A stretch of 63,639 bases of DNA, filler included, from Atractiella rhizophila (taxonomy: Eukaryota), in assembly GCA_021432655.1 (NCBI GenBank). It is 14 parts of 14 records of this genome, joined end to end, with 100 filler letters (N's around TTAATTAATTAA, not from the genome) between each part and the next. Parts side by side here need not be neighbours in the genome. Positions count along the whole stretch, not along the records: positions 45,798 to 50,199 come from MU272462.1; positions 50,300 to 54,697 come from MU272463.1; positions 54,798 to 59,170 come from MU272464.1; 11 more parts are not named here. One strand, given 5' to 3'. The position numbers were made by a program, and so were the translations under genes. The notes under the pieces were generated by a model. That model had not been told where the DNA came from, did no database searches, and worked only from the letters and a program-made list of their open reading frames with translations. Positions 46,956 to 59,270 of this stretch are shown here, piece by piece (positions within the stretch are counted from its first letter, which is position 1; each line of letters starts with the position of its first letter).

Positions 46956-49900
46956 ATGAGTAACCCCACTGAATCGACGAGCTCGTCGCATGTACGATCC
47001 AATCTCTCTCGACAGGGGACCATATCTAGAACCGGGGGAGCCGATGTCTCCTATCAGTCTGGGTCAACATCTTCTTTGAATGAGCCAGCGCAAGCCGCGA
47101 CACCCACAAATCCCTCGAGAGGAGCCCCGAGATCTGGCAGTACTCGTCCTCCTGTTTCCTCCAAGAGTACGAGCCCAGCAAGTTCTACTTTACATACACT
47201 ATCAAATACGACGACGACTTCTGCTATCAAGTGGCACCATCCCGTGCACCCTCAGATACGTCCGACTCTCTTCCACTCAGTTTCCTCTCGAGCTTCTTCA
47301 TCACAAAATCCTCGAAATCCATCTTCCTTCTCGGAAACTTTGACTTCCACTTCGCTTCCTCAGTCTTCCACACTCTTGGAATTCCTTGCGCATCATGCTC
47401 ACACTTCTCTCAATGTGGACGACGAGGACGTAGACGAACTCGCTATTGTTCCTGGACCCAAGAAGATCTCTATGGACGCTCTTGATGGCTATCCTAGTGG
47501 TGGTGGAGCGAGCCACAAGCATTCGGCTTCGACTTCTACTGAAAGTCGCCGAAAGGGGAAAGGACGGGGACTTTCCGAGAACGAGGATTGGGAGGGCAAT
47601 CAGAGAACGAGGTCTATGGTTGAAGATCAACCGTCGTTAAATCTGTTTGACACGCAGGAGAGGACATCGACAGATGATGTTAGCACCCCGGAGGCGAAGC
47701 TTAAACTTCCGGAACTCAGTCTACAAGCCGTTGAAACTGAGAGCGAGACGCTGTGTAATCAAACGGAGATGGCGAGGATGATAAAGTTGGCGGCTGAGCA
47801 TAGTGCGATGGAGGCAGAAATGACACTCGCGAAGGCACAGGCACGTTTCGATAGATTCTTACTCTCGCGGGGGAAGAAGAAAGAAGTCGCTGCTGAAGGA
47901 AAAAGTGGCGTGGCGACGATAGATGTGAGCGCTGCAGACCAAATGAGAGATGGTACGCCTGCAGCAAGCGCATCGGAAAATTCATTGGAAGGTTTTCGAG
48001 CGAAGCGGGAGAGGGAAAGGAAGGAGAGGCAGCTTCCTGCGGTGTGTAGACGCCTATTCGTATTTCCAAGAGAGCAATACTGAGAGACATGAATCATGAA
48101 TAGGGTGTTCCCTCCATGAGAAGAACATCAACGGTGTCATTTAACGCTCCTAACTCTTCCTGCAGCGATCCCAGCGCGTCGTCTTCCAGAGAATCTCCCA
48201 CGTCTTCTTCACTCACCAAATGCACCGATGACTCTGCCAACCGTCCAGACGTACCCTCCGACGAACCAGCCACTGCCAGTGATTCAATTCGTCAGCCACC
48301 AGTCCCACCTGGCGCTGCAGGTGAGCGCCGCCAAATGCTAAGGGCGAAGCAAATGCTGCTCTCGGGGGGATCGAGGCGCAGCCAGAGCGCTCAACAGCTT
48401 CTAGGGTTCTCTACAACCATGTCGCAGCGTCCTCCTGCGAACATGGATGTGGACCCTCACCGTACTGACCCTTCCCCGTCACGCCAAGAACCGAATGAAA
48501 GGACCGTCACATATCGAATACAACCAAAAGCGAACGAGTTGGCTACAGGAAAAGTTTCGTCATCATCCAATTCGCACGATGCTTCCCATCCGCAGGAAGC
48601 TACGACTTCGATTTTAAGTGAGGGAGGGGGGACAAACAGAGAAGCACAATTAGCTTCCAGAGCGGATAACATCTCGCTGCCTACCCTGGCGGCAAAATCT
48701 GCAGGTGCATTGTCCTGGCTCCGGGACTCCACCAACTTGTCACACCAAAGGGCCCCAGTTCCCCGTGCTCTTGTTATTGACCCATCAACCGTCCCGCGCC
48801 ATAGGAAATTGGCTTCTACATGCCGAAAATCGACCGGAGGACAATCTAACGCACGCCTCAACTCTTTCAGCCAGCTCTCAGGTGCTGGAACTGCAGCAGC
48901 AAAACAGGATGATAATCCTTCCACACCGCCACGCTCATCGAAGCCTGGCCTCCCCGATGCGAGCGCTTCAACCTCTAACAACCAGCATCCTGCGTCACAC
49001 CCCTCTACCGATGGATTCAGCGGTGCAGACACCAATTGGCCCCATGTCGAAGCGAGACAGGACAAGAGTGGGGCGTCAGAGGAGCCGACGGAGACTGAAG
49101 CTGAGAGCTTAGCTGCGATGCAGTTAGATCAGTCAGAGGAAAAACCACTTGTCAACAAGGATACCTCTGAAGAAGATGAGTTGGAGACGGACAATGATCA
49201 GCCTCGCTTGATCGCCCCCCTACCCGCCCGTGCACATCCTTCCACAGATCGATTGATAAACCAAGTCAACGACGATGAAGAACTGTTTACGACCACAATC
49301 GTCGATGACGAGAGCCACCGTTGCATACTTATCGTCAGGAATTCGGATGGGACGGACCACATGTGGCCAACAGATACGACCGAAAGGCGAGATAGGAACG
49401 GGTTGATTGATTGGCATAGACCGCTCGAAGGTTTGAAAAGGGAGACAACTTGGAAAAACAAGTTAGGTAACGAGCTCGCCCGCTTGTTGAAGCTTGGTGA
49501 GCCTTCTCATGCTCCCATCCATAGTCATCAATGGGGCTGTAGACGAGAATCGGCAATGGACGGTAGAGTGGCCACCTGGATACAAACTCTTTGAACATGT
49601 CAAAGAGATGGGGAGCAGTACGCAGAAAGATCGTCGTGATGTTTACCTCTTCGGTGAGTCCCTTACCCTACTCCTTTCTGGCGTTCAATTATTTTGTTAC
49701 AGGTCCAAAAAAGATTCCAAAGTTCCGTTCAGCAAACGAGTTTGCTCCACATCTTTATTGGCTTGCTACGCATCGACCACCAGGTACCATCAAGATTTGT
49801 GAATGCAAGTATTGCGCGGGCAAGAAGCTTCAGCGCGAAGTCAATCGCCAACTTGGTCTGGAGGAAAGCCCTCGAACTGTAGCACTGGGTTCGGTTCTCA

Positions 49901-50199
49901 GCAACAATGTTCCAGCACGGCGCAAGAGGAAACGTGTCCAAGTCGAAGAAAGTTTCGCTGTCTACGTGCCACCAAAGGAGGAGTTCGACCTTTACCCTGG
50001 CCCTTTTGTCTCGCTGGAACGAATTAAGGATTTAGACTGGCGTAGAGAAGGTTTCAGCCCGACTTTTCGACCCTTCGAGCTTGTGTGGTTACGGTTGCAG
50101 ATTCCTTTTCGAGAAGGAGACCTTGAGATCAGTTATTGGCCAGCAATTGTGAAGGAGAGAAAGTGGAAAGCCATAGCGCACCTTGAACCGTCAACAGTC
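46956..50199 (+). CDS. clr2: Clr2-like transcription-silencing protein with a long disordered N-terminus, 3' truncated
   Basis: SDG..WP, WKNKLG, WPPGYKLFEHVK, RRDVYLFG, FRSANEFAPHLYWL and CECKYC make up the Clr2 N-terminal domain pattern. Then FRPFELVW..YWPAIV. Confidence 0.8.
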
Positions 50200-50299
50200 N
50201 NNNNNNNNNNNNNNNNNNNNNNNNNNNNNNNNNNNNNNNNNNNTTAATTAATTAANNNNNNNNNNNNNNNNNNNNNNNNNNNNNNNNNNNNNNNNNNNN

Positions 50300-51073
50300 C
50301 AGGTGATGCAGCCCTATTCCACGAGACCGCATCGCATCTCGAACGGCCAACGCCTCCGCCTTCTCCTAAGCCGCACGAACGGGAACCTGTAGCAAGAGAT
50401 GCGATTCCTGCTGGCACGAGTGCGAGTGTGAGTGGGGGTGGCGGTGGGATGAAGGAGGAGAATAAGATCGGTGTCGCTGCTGCTTTTGAAGCTATAAGGA
50501 AGATGATGAAGGACTTTGATTCTGCTGAAGCCCAAGAGAGGGGAAAGAATATTTTGGATCATGTTGTGGGTGTGGGGAAGGAAGTCTATAAGGCTCAAAA
50601 GGAACATGCTGCTAAGACTCTAGCTCAGGGGAGTGGAAGTGGTAATGGAGGAGCGGGTTCGAGTTCAAGAGCCGCCAGTGGAACGGGAACGGAGAGATCT
50701 ACATGGCAGGAGAAGCTGGTACGCATCCTATCCCCCTTGTAGACGTTGTTTTACGATCTTAAATCATACGCAGGTGGGAATGGCAATGTCTGAAGCTGCG
50801 AAGCTATTCGATAAACAACATGCCTCCACCTCAGCTGCTGGATCCACGTCAGCCTCCGCTTCGTCGAGTGGGAAAGCGAAACGCGAAGCGATTCAATCGG
50901 CGGCTAAAACCTTACTTCGACTGTTGGACCAATTGCCCAAGGACAAGCCTGCAGGCTCTGCGACGGGAAGTGGGACCGGCGCTTCTGGATCGAAGACGAG
51001 CGTGAAGGACTTGTTGGCTATGGCTCAAAAGTTGGCTAAGTTCATACCTACTGATGGCGCCACGAAGAAGTAA
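50300..51073 (+). CDS. Beta-flanking-protein-like, Gly/Ser-rich, 5' truncated
   Basis: IGVAAAFEAIRKM, QEKL|VGMAMSEAAKLFDK and KREAIQSAAKTLLRLL match the helical motifs of the basidiomycete beta-flanking family. Confidence 0.65.
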
Positions 51074-51486
51074 GCTGCTTGAAGTTGTTTTCTGGACTGT
51101 CAGGATGGACGCGCTAAATATGTGCTTTCAACAAATTTGATTGGTAGATAAGTTGTTGTGAGTTGGAGGGGTGTAAATACCGAACATAAATGTACAGAAT
51201 ATACAGGAATGCTAATGTAACGAATCTAGTACCCAGTGTCTAAGGCTAGGTCAAACAACGGTCATACTAGGACTAGTGGAAGCGCTCTATCAAGCTTTAT
51301 TGGCAAGTCGTGTGCAATGTCATCATCATCCAATCACAAGGAAATGCGGGAAGGCTTTCAGCTGCCATCCATCCAGACCAAACATCTCACCTCCTTCGCA
51401 GAGGATATCCTGTGTAAATCGTTCGAATATATGTAAAGCTTTCAAGTTAGAGAATAGATCACTTTCACGCCTTACAGCCACGAGAA

Positions 51487-54400
51487 ATGCTCTACTCAGT
51501 CGTTTCTGGCGTCGCCTCGACAGCAGTCAGCTTCATTCCATTCGTCGGCTCTCGCTCTTCGACTCCCACCAAACAGCGCCTTCAAGCTCCAACCAACTCC
51601 GATCCCCAAGGCGAAGAGGACGAAAATGCGAGCTCAGCCACATTGTACAAGGCACCAGTCCCTCCCAATGCCCTTGCGACACACCAATCCACCTCTCTTG
51701 TCCTCCACCGGCTTGCCACCACGTCCCCTCTCTTGCCCGTTCAACTTGCAGAGCTTATAACTGCCCTCTCAATTGCCGCGAGGGTTTCTTTGCGTGCTTC
51801 GGCGCTCTTTGCGGAGGCGATCTTGGAGGGTGCACGAGTTGGGACTGGGACGGGGATGGGGCTTAGTAGGAGAGCAATAATTGCGGCGTTGGGGAGTGCT
51901 AGGTGGATGAGGGAGATTACAGCGGGTGGGACGAATGGGGGAGAGGAGTGAGTATCTTTCTTAGCTCATTGGGAAGCGGAATGTGAGGAAAGCAGTGAGG
52001 CTTGATTGAGCTTGTCTGAGAGTTCGCAATAACCACATAGAGGGGTATACGTGATCGAAATTCAGGCTCACGCCCACATTGCTGTTGGCGGTTCGCGAGT
52101 GGGACATGACATATTTGTTATTTTGTTGCTACTCTGCTTCGTTTGAAGCGACTGAAGGATTATCTGTGCGGCGAACCTGCCGCTTTCTCTGCGTGCGAGT
52201 CAACTGAAAGAATTCTGGAGAAATGATAATTGGATATCTCGCCATTGTAGTCATGGTGATGTCCTCCTGGGAAGGCGAGTTCACATGATCACCGCGTAGA
52301 AGTTCCCCACTATTGAGGTCCCTGCTAGAGGAGAAATTCTAAACCGCAGAGGGCGATAAATCAATAGACACAGCAGTTGATAATATGCCATCCAATCCAT
52401 TGTTGCAGGAAAATAAGACGCCAAAACAACTCCGAGAATTGCTGAAAATTGTGAAATAACGGTGTATAAAAGCTCCTAAGAAGTTATGTGGCTAATGCAC
52501 AAAACGTGTGGATCATCATTACTTCCTCGAAGTAGATGAAGTTCCCTCGCGTTTCCGTTGTGATTCCGCGTCTTCAACCTCCATGGTTCTGCCCGCGAAA
52601 GCTCGTGAAACTGACAAATTTGTGTATTGTGTATGACAGGGACAAGTTCTTACAGGTGCTCGACCATTATACCAATCTAGGGATCTACATGGTGCACCAC
52701 GCCTTCACCTTAGGCGAGCTCTTCACAATGTCAGGCTTCTACCTCGCCTCCTCCACTGTGTCTTTCTCCTTCGCAGCAGGCGAAGAGTCGGTACGAATGC
52801 TCGATTCCCTCTTTGGATCCAATGAGACTTCACGCGCTCTCAGTGCATTCATCACTCTCCTTGGAAGGGAAATGAATAGTGGAAAGTTTGGGGAGATGAG
52901 AGGAATCCTTGGGACTGGAAGGAAATTTTTTGCACTTACAAAGAGTTTGACGGTGTGGGCCTGTCTCCAGAGCGTGACGCATAGAAGGACGGTGAAGGGG
53001 ATGAAGATGAGAGTTCTGTGGGATTGTACGGTGTGCGAGCGACAGAACTTGGTGACCAGTCCAGAGGGCCGGGAGGAAGGACATGAAATGGAGAAGAAGG
53101 AGAGGGAGAGACTTATCAGTGATGTGCGCAGTGCAAAGGAATTCGGAAGAACATGGAGGGACGAAATGACCGAATCGAAAAGGGAGAAGAGATTGTCACT
53201 GGCTCCTACGCTCTCAAGAGCAACTACAACGAGCACGATACGTTCACGACCTGAAACTGAACTGGGGAATCCGATAAATGCGGGAGATGAAGGAGAAGAA
53301 GGGGAGATTGTCTTCGAGCTCATGCAGCTCATAGGTGATGACGATGAGAGCGAAGTGAAGATGGAAGACCTTCCGCATGATGTGAGAGAGGCGATAGAAC
53401 GCTTGGAGCGAGGCGATGAAACCGGATTAGAAGTGGTGAAAAGGGGAAAGGGAATGGATGGTACAAGATTGGTGCGATCGGAAGAGAAGGATACGGTGTA
53501 TGAGATCGAAACAACTACCACTGTCACAACGACCACAGTCGTGCGTGTTATCGATCCTAATTTGACCTCCAGTGTGTCATCTATCTCCTCTACCGTCGGC
53601 GCTACATCAACCGAGCTCGATGTACCCCAAGCCTCGACTTCCTCACATCGCTCGAGGAATCACACCCGTAACTCGTCCATTCTTAGTCACAACAGGTTCA
53701 GCACCGTCTCTTCCATGCTAGAGGAGTCAGAGTGGGTTGACGTCGAATCAGCCCTATCAGCAGAACTTGAACGTTCCGGCACTGCTACATTGTCGAGGCC
53801 AACGAGCATCGCGGAGCAGTCAAGGAGGGAGATGTATGAGAACCCCGAGGAAGGAAAAGCGAAGCTCGGGATGCTGGTCAAGACGATGACGAAGAGGTTG
53901 ACGAAGACAACGAAGACGGTGAAGCGGATGGCGATTCCTTCATTCGTCACCCCGGTTGGGAGCGATGAGGAGAACTCACCGGATAAAATACAAGGAAGAT
54001 TTTCCATCGTCGAAAATGAGGGCGAGAAGACGCCTCTGCGATCTGAGAGTTCGACCAGCTTAGCTACCATACCCACAGCTAGGAACGGACTGGGGAGGAA
54101 CGGTACTCTGAAGGACGCGCTGAAGAAAGCGAGGAAGGGTCTTTCGCGGAAGGCTACAGCTGAAGATCTTCAGAAAACTGTGGGAAAGACTAGATTACGG
54201 AAAGCCCAACAGTCAGCATCCTCTGTCCCATTTCCGTCTGCTTCCCATGGTCAATCACTACCTCGTTCCCCGACGTCACGCAAAGAATTCACCAAGGCAG
54301 AGAACGATGATGACAGTTGTAACGAGGTGTTCGGAAGTCCACGTTATTCTGCCAACAGACTACGAAAACCCTCGGCGATGTCTATGCGCTCTTCGTACAC

Positions 54401-54697
54401 TGCCCGTACACATTTGGAGACGACAGCGAAAGGGGAAGATGATGAGATGCATGGGTTTTGGCCTTGTAGTCATCTAGTCGCCAACATCCAGCGTTTCATG
54501 AAGTATAGCTCTGCAGCATACGGCCAACACTTCATGAGGATCCTGTAAGTTCTGTCTACTGTAGTCCTGTGTGTCTATCGAATTTACTGCCTTTGCGTGC
54601 AAAGCGGAATCGGCACTTTTCCTGACAAAGCGTTTCCAACAACTTCGAAGCATTCGCACAACCACTGGGCCTTCGCATGGCACACGAAATTATCAGT
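51487..54697 (+). CDS. Class-3 lipase / sn1-diacylglycerol lipase-like protein, N-terminal part (catalytic GHSLG not reached)
   Basis: AGEESVRMLDSLFGSNETSRALSAFITLL and HLVANIQRFMKYSSAAYGQHFMRIL|..HNHWAFAWHT. A frame-preserving intron spans 51948-52639. Confidence 0.75.
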
Positions 54698-54797
54698 NNN
54701 NNNNNNNNNNNNNNNNNNNNNNNNNNNNNNNNNNNNNNNNNTTAATTAATTAANNNNNNNNNNNNNNNNNNNNNNNNNNNNNNNNNNNNNNNNNNNN

Positions 54798-56625
54798 TCG
54801 TCTAGCGAAATCCTGGCTGGAGGAGCGGCTGGAGCATTGTTCTGTCCATCTCCCACCAGATCCTGACGCTCCTTCCACTCATCAAGTGGTCCCTGTGGCT
54901 CTTCCAACATAATCTTCTCCTTCCTAACCTTGCAGAGCATCTCTCTCTCATCAAATCTGGCAACATCTCGAACGTAGACCTTCTTTGCAACAGGATCCCA
55001 GAACCCCCACCCTTTCGCTGCAAGGGAATAGCCTATAAATGCGCATTTTCAAGTATGAGATCCTAAGCTGTGTGGCCTTTCATCCTTCTGAACTTGAACA
55101 TAGGCAGTGCATCCAATGATTCTGAATCTTGAGATGGTTGGAGTAAGTCCAGCGAGTTTCGTGTGGAGAATAGCATGGTTGATCGAAGCTGAGGGAGATC
55201 TGTTGCGAATGTGGACGATCGCTGAAGCAATAGACGGCCAGAGAAAGAGTGGGAGTCCAGATTCTTCAAACATGGCGACCATAGTTTCCTGAATCGTCCT
55301 ATTGGCCCGTTCTGCTCTGCCGTTCTGATGAGGAGAGTTCCTGATTGTCTGTTGGCACTGAATACCACAGCCTTGAGATATTGATCAAATTCCTTAGAGG
55401 AATAAGCACCTTCTTTGTCCTCTCTAAACTTCTTGATCTTCTTTCCAGTGATATTCTCTACCCAATTCTTGAAGGTGTTGAAGAGTTCTGGGGCCTCTGA
55501 TTTCTTCTTGAGGAAGGCAATTGTACAATGATTTGTTGCTTCATCCATGAAGGTGACCCAATATCGATATCCTTCTCTGGAAGTGACAGGAAGAGGTCCA
55601 TGCAGGTCTGAGCTGATTCTACCCAATACTTCCTTCTCCCTGGTCTCTGCTGACTTGTTGAAGACCCTGTGCTGCTTCCCAGCTAGGCATGGCTCGCAAA
55701 TAGGATCTGGATTGTCCTCTAAGTCTAAAATCATCCCATTCACAAGTTCCTTCCTCTTCAGATGCTTGATGTCCTCATAATTCAGGTGTCCAAGTCTTCT
55801 GTGCCATAGAGAAGCATCCATGGACAGTATAGAAGCATTTCCTGCAAGTTCTGGAGCAGGAAGAGTGTTCCCATCGAGTATTCCAGCCATTGTAGTCCAC
55901 GGCAGTAAGGCAGAGTTTTTGACCCTGGAAGAAGAGAACCTTGTTGTGCTTGATGGAGACCCTCATTCCCTTGTAGATGGTGAGCTTGAAGACTGATAGG
56001 AGGTTGTTGTAGAGCTTGGGGACATGTAGAACATCTGAGATGGTGATGGTGATGGTCTTCTTCTCCCCCAACTTGGCTTCAAAGATCAAGCTCCCAATCC
56101 CAGCACTCCAAATCACTTCTCCACTTGCTACCCTAATACGAATGACCTTCTTCTGGTAGGTTCTTTGCACTAAAATGACCAGTCATTTCCAACAGTGCAG
56201 ATTAACCCTTTATACCCAAGGTTCAACAGTAAGGTGATAGATTTCAATTTTTCTTGATTCCTGGGTAGGCAGAAACATTCTAAGGTGGTAAAGGAACGTT
56301 TGAGGATCACAAATCTGTTCTGATCATCGAAATTGAGCGAAATTTGAGTGTAGGACGGTGAAAATTGTAGTCTGGCGGAGGGGGAAGGTAATAGGTGTGA
56401 CCAAATGTAATCCTAGCCACCAGCTCTCACTACCATATAAGGATCTAAGGCTAGGAGTAGTTGGTGGTTAATAACGAGGCATTGATGAAGTACAGAGAGA
56501 CATACCTAGGAGTAGTTGGTGGTTAATAATGAGCACCAACACTCCTAGGCAAAACTAAACTACATAGTGATGACTCATAAGAGTCATAAGAGGCAGATGA
56601 TCAACACAACATGCTGCAACTAACA
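54798..56625 (-). mobile_element. Decayed Ty1/copia element: 5' LTR (56625-56436), PBS, no gag, then protease remnant, GAG-pre-integrase, rve and SH3
   Basis: VLHVPKLYNNLLSV, WHRRLGH, CEPCLAGK, SDLHGP, FMDE, FRIIGCTAYV, FIGY..KGWGFWDP. Two frameshifts and a TGA at 55051-55049. Confidence 0.9.
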
Positions 56626-57240
56626 GATTTTGTGTTCAGAGTCCTAGGCTTTACTGCCTATGTCTAAGTTTAGAAACACGAAAGAAGCCACAGTTTAGCA
56701 TCCCATATACATAGAAGTACCTTTATAGGTTACTCTACCAGCACTAAAGGCTGGGATTTATGGGATCCAGTCTCTAAGAAGGTCTACAATCGAGATATTG
56801 TGAAATTTGATGAAAGGGAGATGCTTTGCAAAGTCAGGAGAGAAGAGAACATGTTGGAACTACCATAGGGACCACTGAATGAGTGGAAAGAATTCCTGGA
56901 TCAGGTGGAACAAGGAAAGAAGATGCTCCTACTATCCTTTTGCACTTTAGTGAAGAAGAAGAGGAAGGAGATGTCTTGGAGAGTCTGGAAGAACAGGAGA
57001 GACTTAGTGTGGAGTCCCCAAATCATTTTGAAGGATTAAGGGATGAAGGAGGGAATCAGGAAGCAGAGCAAGAGAGACAAGAATTACCAGATAGGCCACA
57101 GGCTATTCCAGAGTCGCCAGTAACACCCCCACTACATCTTCTTCCTCAGAGAGATCCTGGACTGGACTAATGGTGGTAGGAAGACAGACAGAATCACCTG
57201 ATCCTCCCCAAATGACACCTTCTCACACTGTCCTTGCCCT
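56626..57240 (+). mobile_element. Older copia fragment (SH3 and linker) in the opposite orientation, related to 54798-55130
   Basis: FRVLGFTAYV*V*KHERSHSLASH..FIGYSTSTKGWDLWDPVSKKVY..FDEREMLCKVR..LP*GPLNEWKE. Confidence 0.85.
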
Positions 57241-57265
57241 CCAGCGCTATTCTGAACGACAAAGG

Positions 57266-57409
57266 TGTAAGGATCTAAGGCTAGGGGACAGGAGTTCGTG
57301 GTCAATGATCAAACTGCCCCCTAGGGATAAAACTTTAAAGTGAGCAAACACAACAAAGGTGGCTATCCATATAAATACACCACCATGAAATGTTACACCT
57401 AATCCAACA
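57266..57409. mobile_element. Probable solo LTR (144 bp), partly related to the 190-bp LTR
   Basis: TG..CA ends. Starts TGTAAGGATCTAAGGCTAGG, like 41442 and 56436. No clean target-site duplication. Confidence 0.55.
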
Positions 57410-58909
57410 CCTCCATCGACCACTCCATCCCCTACACCAAATTGACAGGACAACTGGTTGATATTTTGCATTTCTAGTTGTTGTCGCACAACCACTTAGC
57501 CAGGTTTGCTGCTGGCAGGTGGCTACTTTTCCTATCCTGCCAGAATCATCCAAAAATGTCCAAAACTCCAAATCAAACTTGACAGGGATTCTGTCAGTCG
57601 TTTCCAAGTTATCATGTTATTTTCCTACATCTTCTGTGTTTTCTGTCATGTTGGAAAATGCAGGAGAACACAGAAATTTTAGGTTAGGTTACAGATTGAT
57701 GCGATGGCAAACGTGTGTGTGATTGGTGCAAAAAATAGGAATTTCTTCAATTTCCCAACTTGTCTCCTGTACCATTGATGATGTTGCCAGCCTCGGTATT
57801 TCTATACCTTCCATCCATACTCTCCCGCCTCACTCACTCTGTCATCCACCTTCTCTCCGGATGTCCTCACTCCAGCCAACTTCGAGCCTCACGCTTCTGT
57901 CTCCCTTGATCACATATCTACAAATTCCTTTTAGGGAAGAGTGTATGTCCTAGTGCTTGACTCTTCCTATCGTGGTAAGCCATCTCACTTCTGCATATCA
58001 TGCCATCTCTGAAATGCTTTCGGCCCCACCACTTGTCACAGCAGACGCAGATGCATATCGAGACAACAACAGGTGACAGTGAGCCGAGTGGGGATAATGT
58101 GATGTAGTGAGATGGTGACTGGTGCACGCACTTAGAAGGGACTGCGCAGGTGGTCAAGTATAAAAGCGAACTTCTATACATTTTGCTCGCTTCATTGTAC
58201 CCAAGTAGAGACCACGTGTCCTTGTCAATTCTATTGTCATACGACGTTCCTCTGACCAATTTTTGTTTCCGACGCAAATGTGAACAAATCTTGACCAACA
58301 CATTTTTGACCATGTCCTCCACTTTGGAGAGTTGTTTCACTCATTTCCTCGGTATCTTATACTCCTACCTAGATTACTTTGAGAGGACGGTTTGCCCCCA
58401 TATTGCGGGACGGTCGCAGTTTATATCTGCGGAGAGCTGCAACCAGCTTCAGCAAGAAAAACTCTGGAGGAGAGGAGAGATAGATTGAACATGAGTGATT
58501 TGTTGGCCACTTAAATGGACCGCAGAAAGGCACTAGGACTCAAGTGAGCCTTGTGCTCAAAGATGAGTGAAACTGAATCCTAAGCAATAAACATTGAGCA
58601 AATCCTTTCAGAAGGATTTGCAGAGACGTGACAAGTAACTGCAACGCTCTCAAACATCTTGCCGTAGTGACAAGGTGAAGTAGCTCATGTTTCGAAGTCC
58701 GTCAGATATTCAAAGGAGCGCAGGTGCTGGCAATAAACAGTCGTTGATCGTCATCCAAACAGTCGCCACAGGTGGCATGGAAATTGGGAATGCGAGTCGG
58801 CGGTGCTTGTGCGGGTATGAGAGCGAAATGATGAAGTGATCCTAAGGTTCGTTCAGGCCACCCGAGAGGCGTTGTTGGCGTTCAGCCCGCGAGGAGTCGA
58901 AGAGAGCTT

Positions 58910-59170
58910 GACCTTGAAAGGGAGTTGATGGCTGGGGCCAGAGTTCAAGCGCAAAATGATGCCAACGAGGATCCTCAGGTTGAAAGGAGGTGTTGCCAAG
59001 GGCCCGCACTCCTGCCAAGGAAGAAGTGGATTCAAAGCGGACTTGATCTTGAACAGGAACTGGTGACTGAGGCCTGAGTTCGAGCCCTAAATGATGCCAA
59101 CGAGGATCCGACTGGAGTTGAAAGGTAGTGTCGCCCCCTGCTAAGGAAGAGGATTCAAACGGGACTTGAT
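58910..59170 (-). repeat. Two tandem ~135-bp units, probably a coding repeat in a decayed gene
   Basis: AAATGATGCCAACGAGGATCC occurs twice. The minus frame gives DPRWHHLGLELRPQ and DPRWHHFALELWPQ. Confidence 0.75.
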
Positions 59171-59270
59171 NNNNNNNNNNNNNNNNNNNNNNNNNNNNNN
59201 NNNNNNNNNNNNNNTTAATTAATTAANNNNNNNNNNNNNNNNNNNNNNNNNNNNNNNNNNNNNNNNNNNN

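Larger units (their letters stand above)
4508..59270. other. 13 artificial 100-bp scaffold linkers (N44-TTAATTAATTAA-N44)
   Basis: Linkers at 4508-4607, 9111-9210, 13709-13808, 18305-18404, 22895-22994, 27466-27565, 32035-32134, 36603-36702, 41170-41269, 45698-45797, 50200-50299, 54698-54797 and 59171-59270. The 12-mer gives stops in all six frames. Plain within-scaffold gaps lie at 6898-7702 and 10366-10390. Confidence 0.98.

Noticed and set aside
50300..51073. Mating-type (HD) locus signalled by the beta-flanking-like gene
   Set aside because: No homeodomain or MIP gene is on this scaffold, the visible neighbour is a lipase, and the other side is cut off.
52739..53536. Long antisense ORFs (also 48457-49065, 12918-13451, 20291-20779 and those within the copia pol)
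   Set aside because: They are shadows of real genes on the opposite strand, with no independent motifs.
4508..59270. Regularly spaced TTAATTAATTAA palindrome as a biological repeat or CRISPR-like array
   Set aside because: It is always centred in exactly 100 bp of N padding and gives stops in all six frames, so it is an assembly linker.
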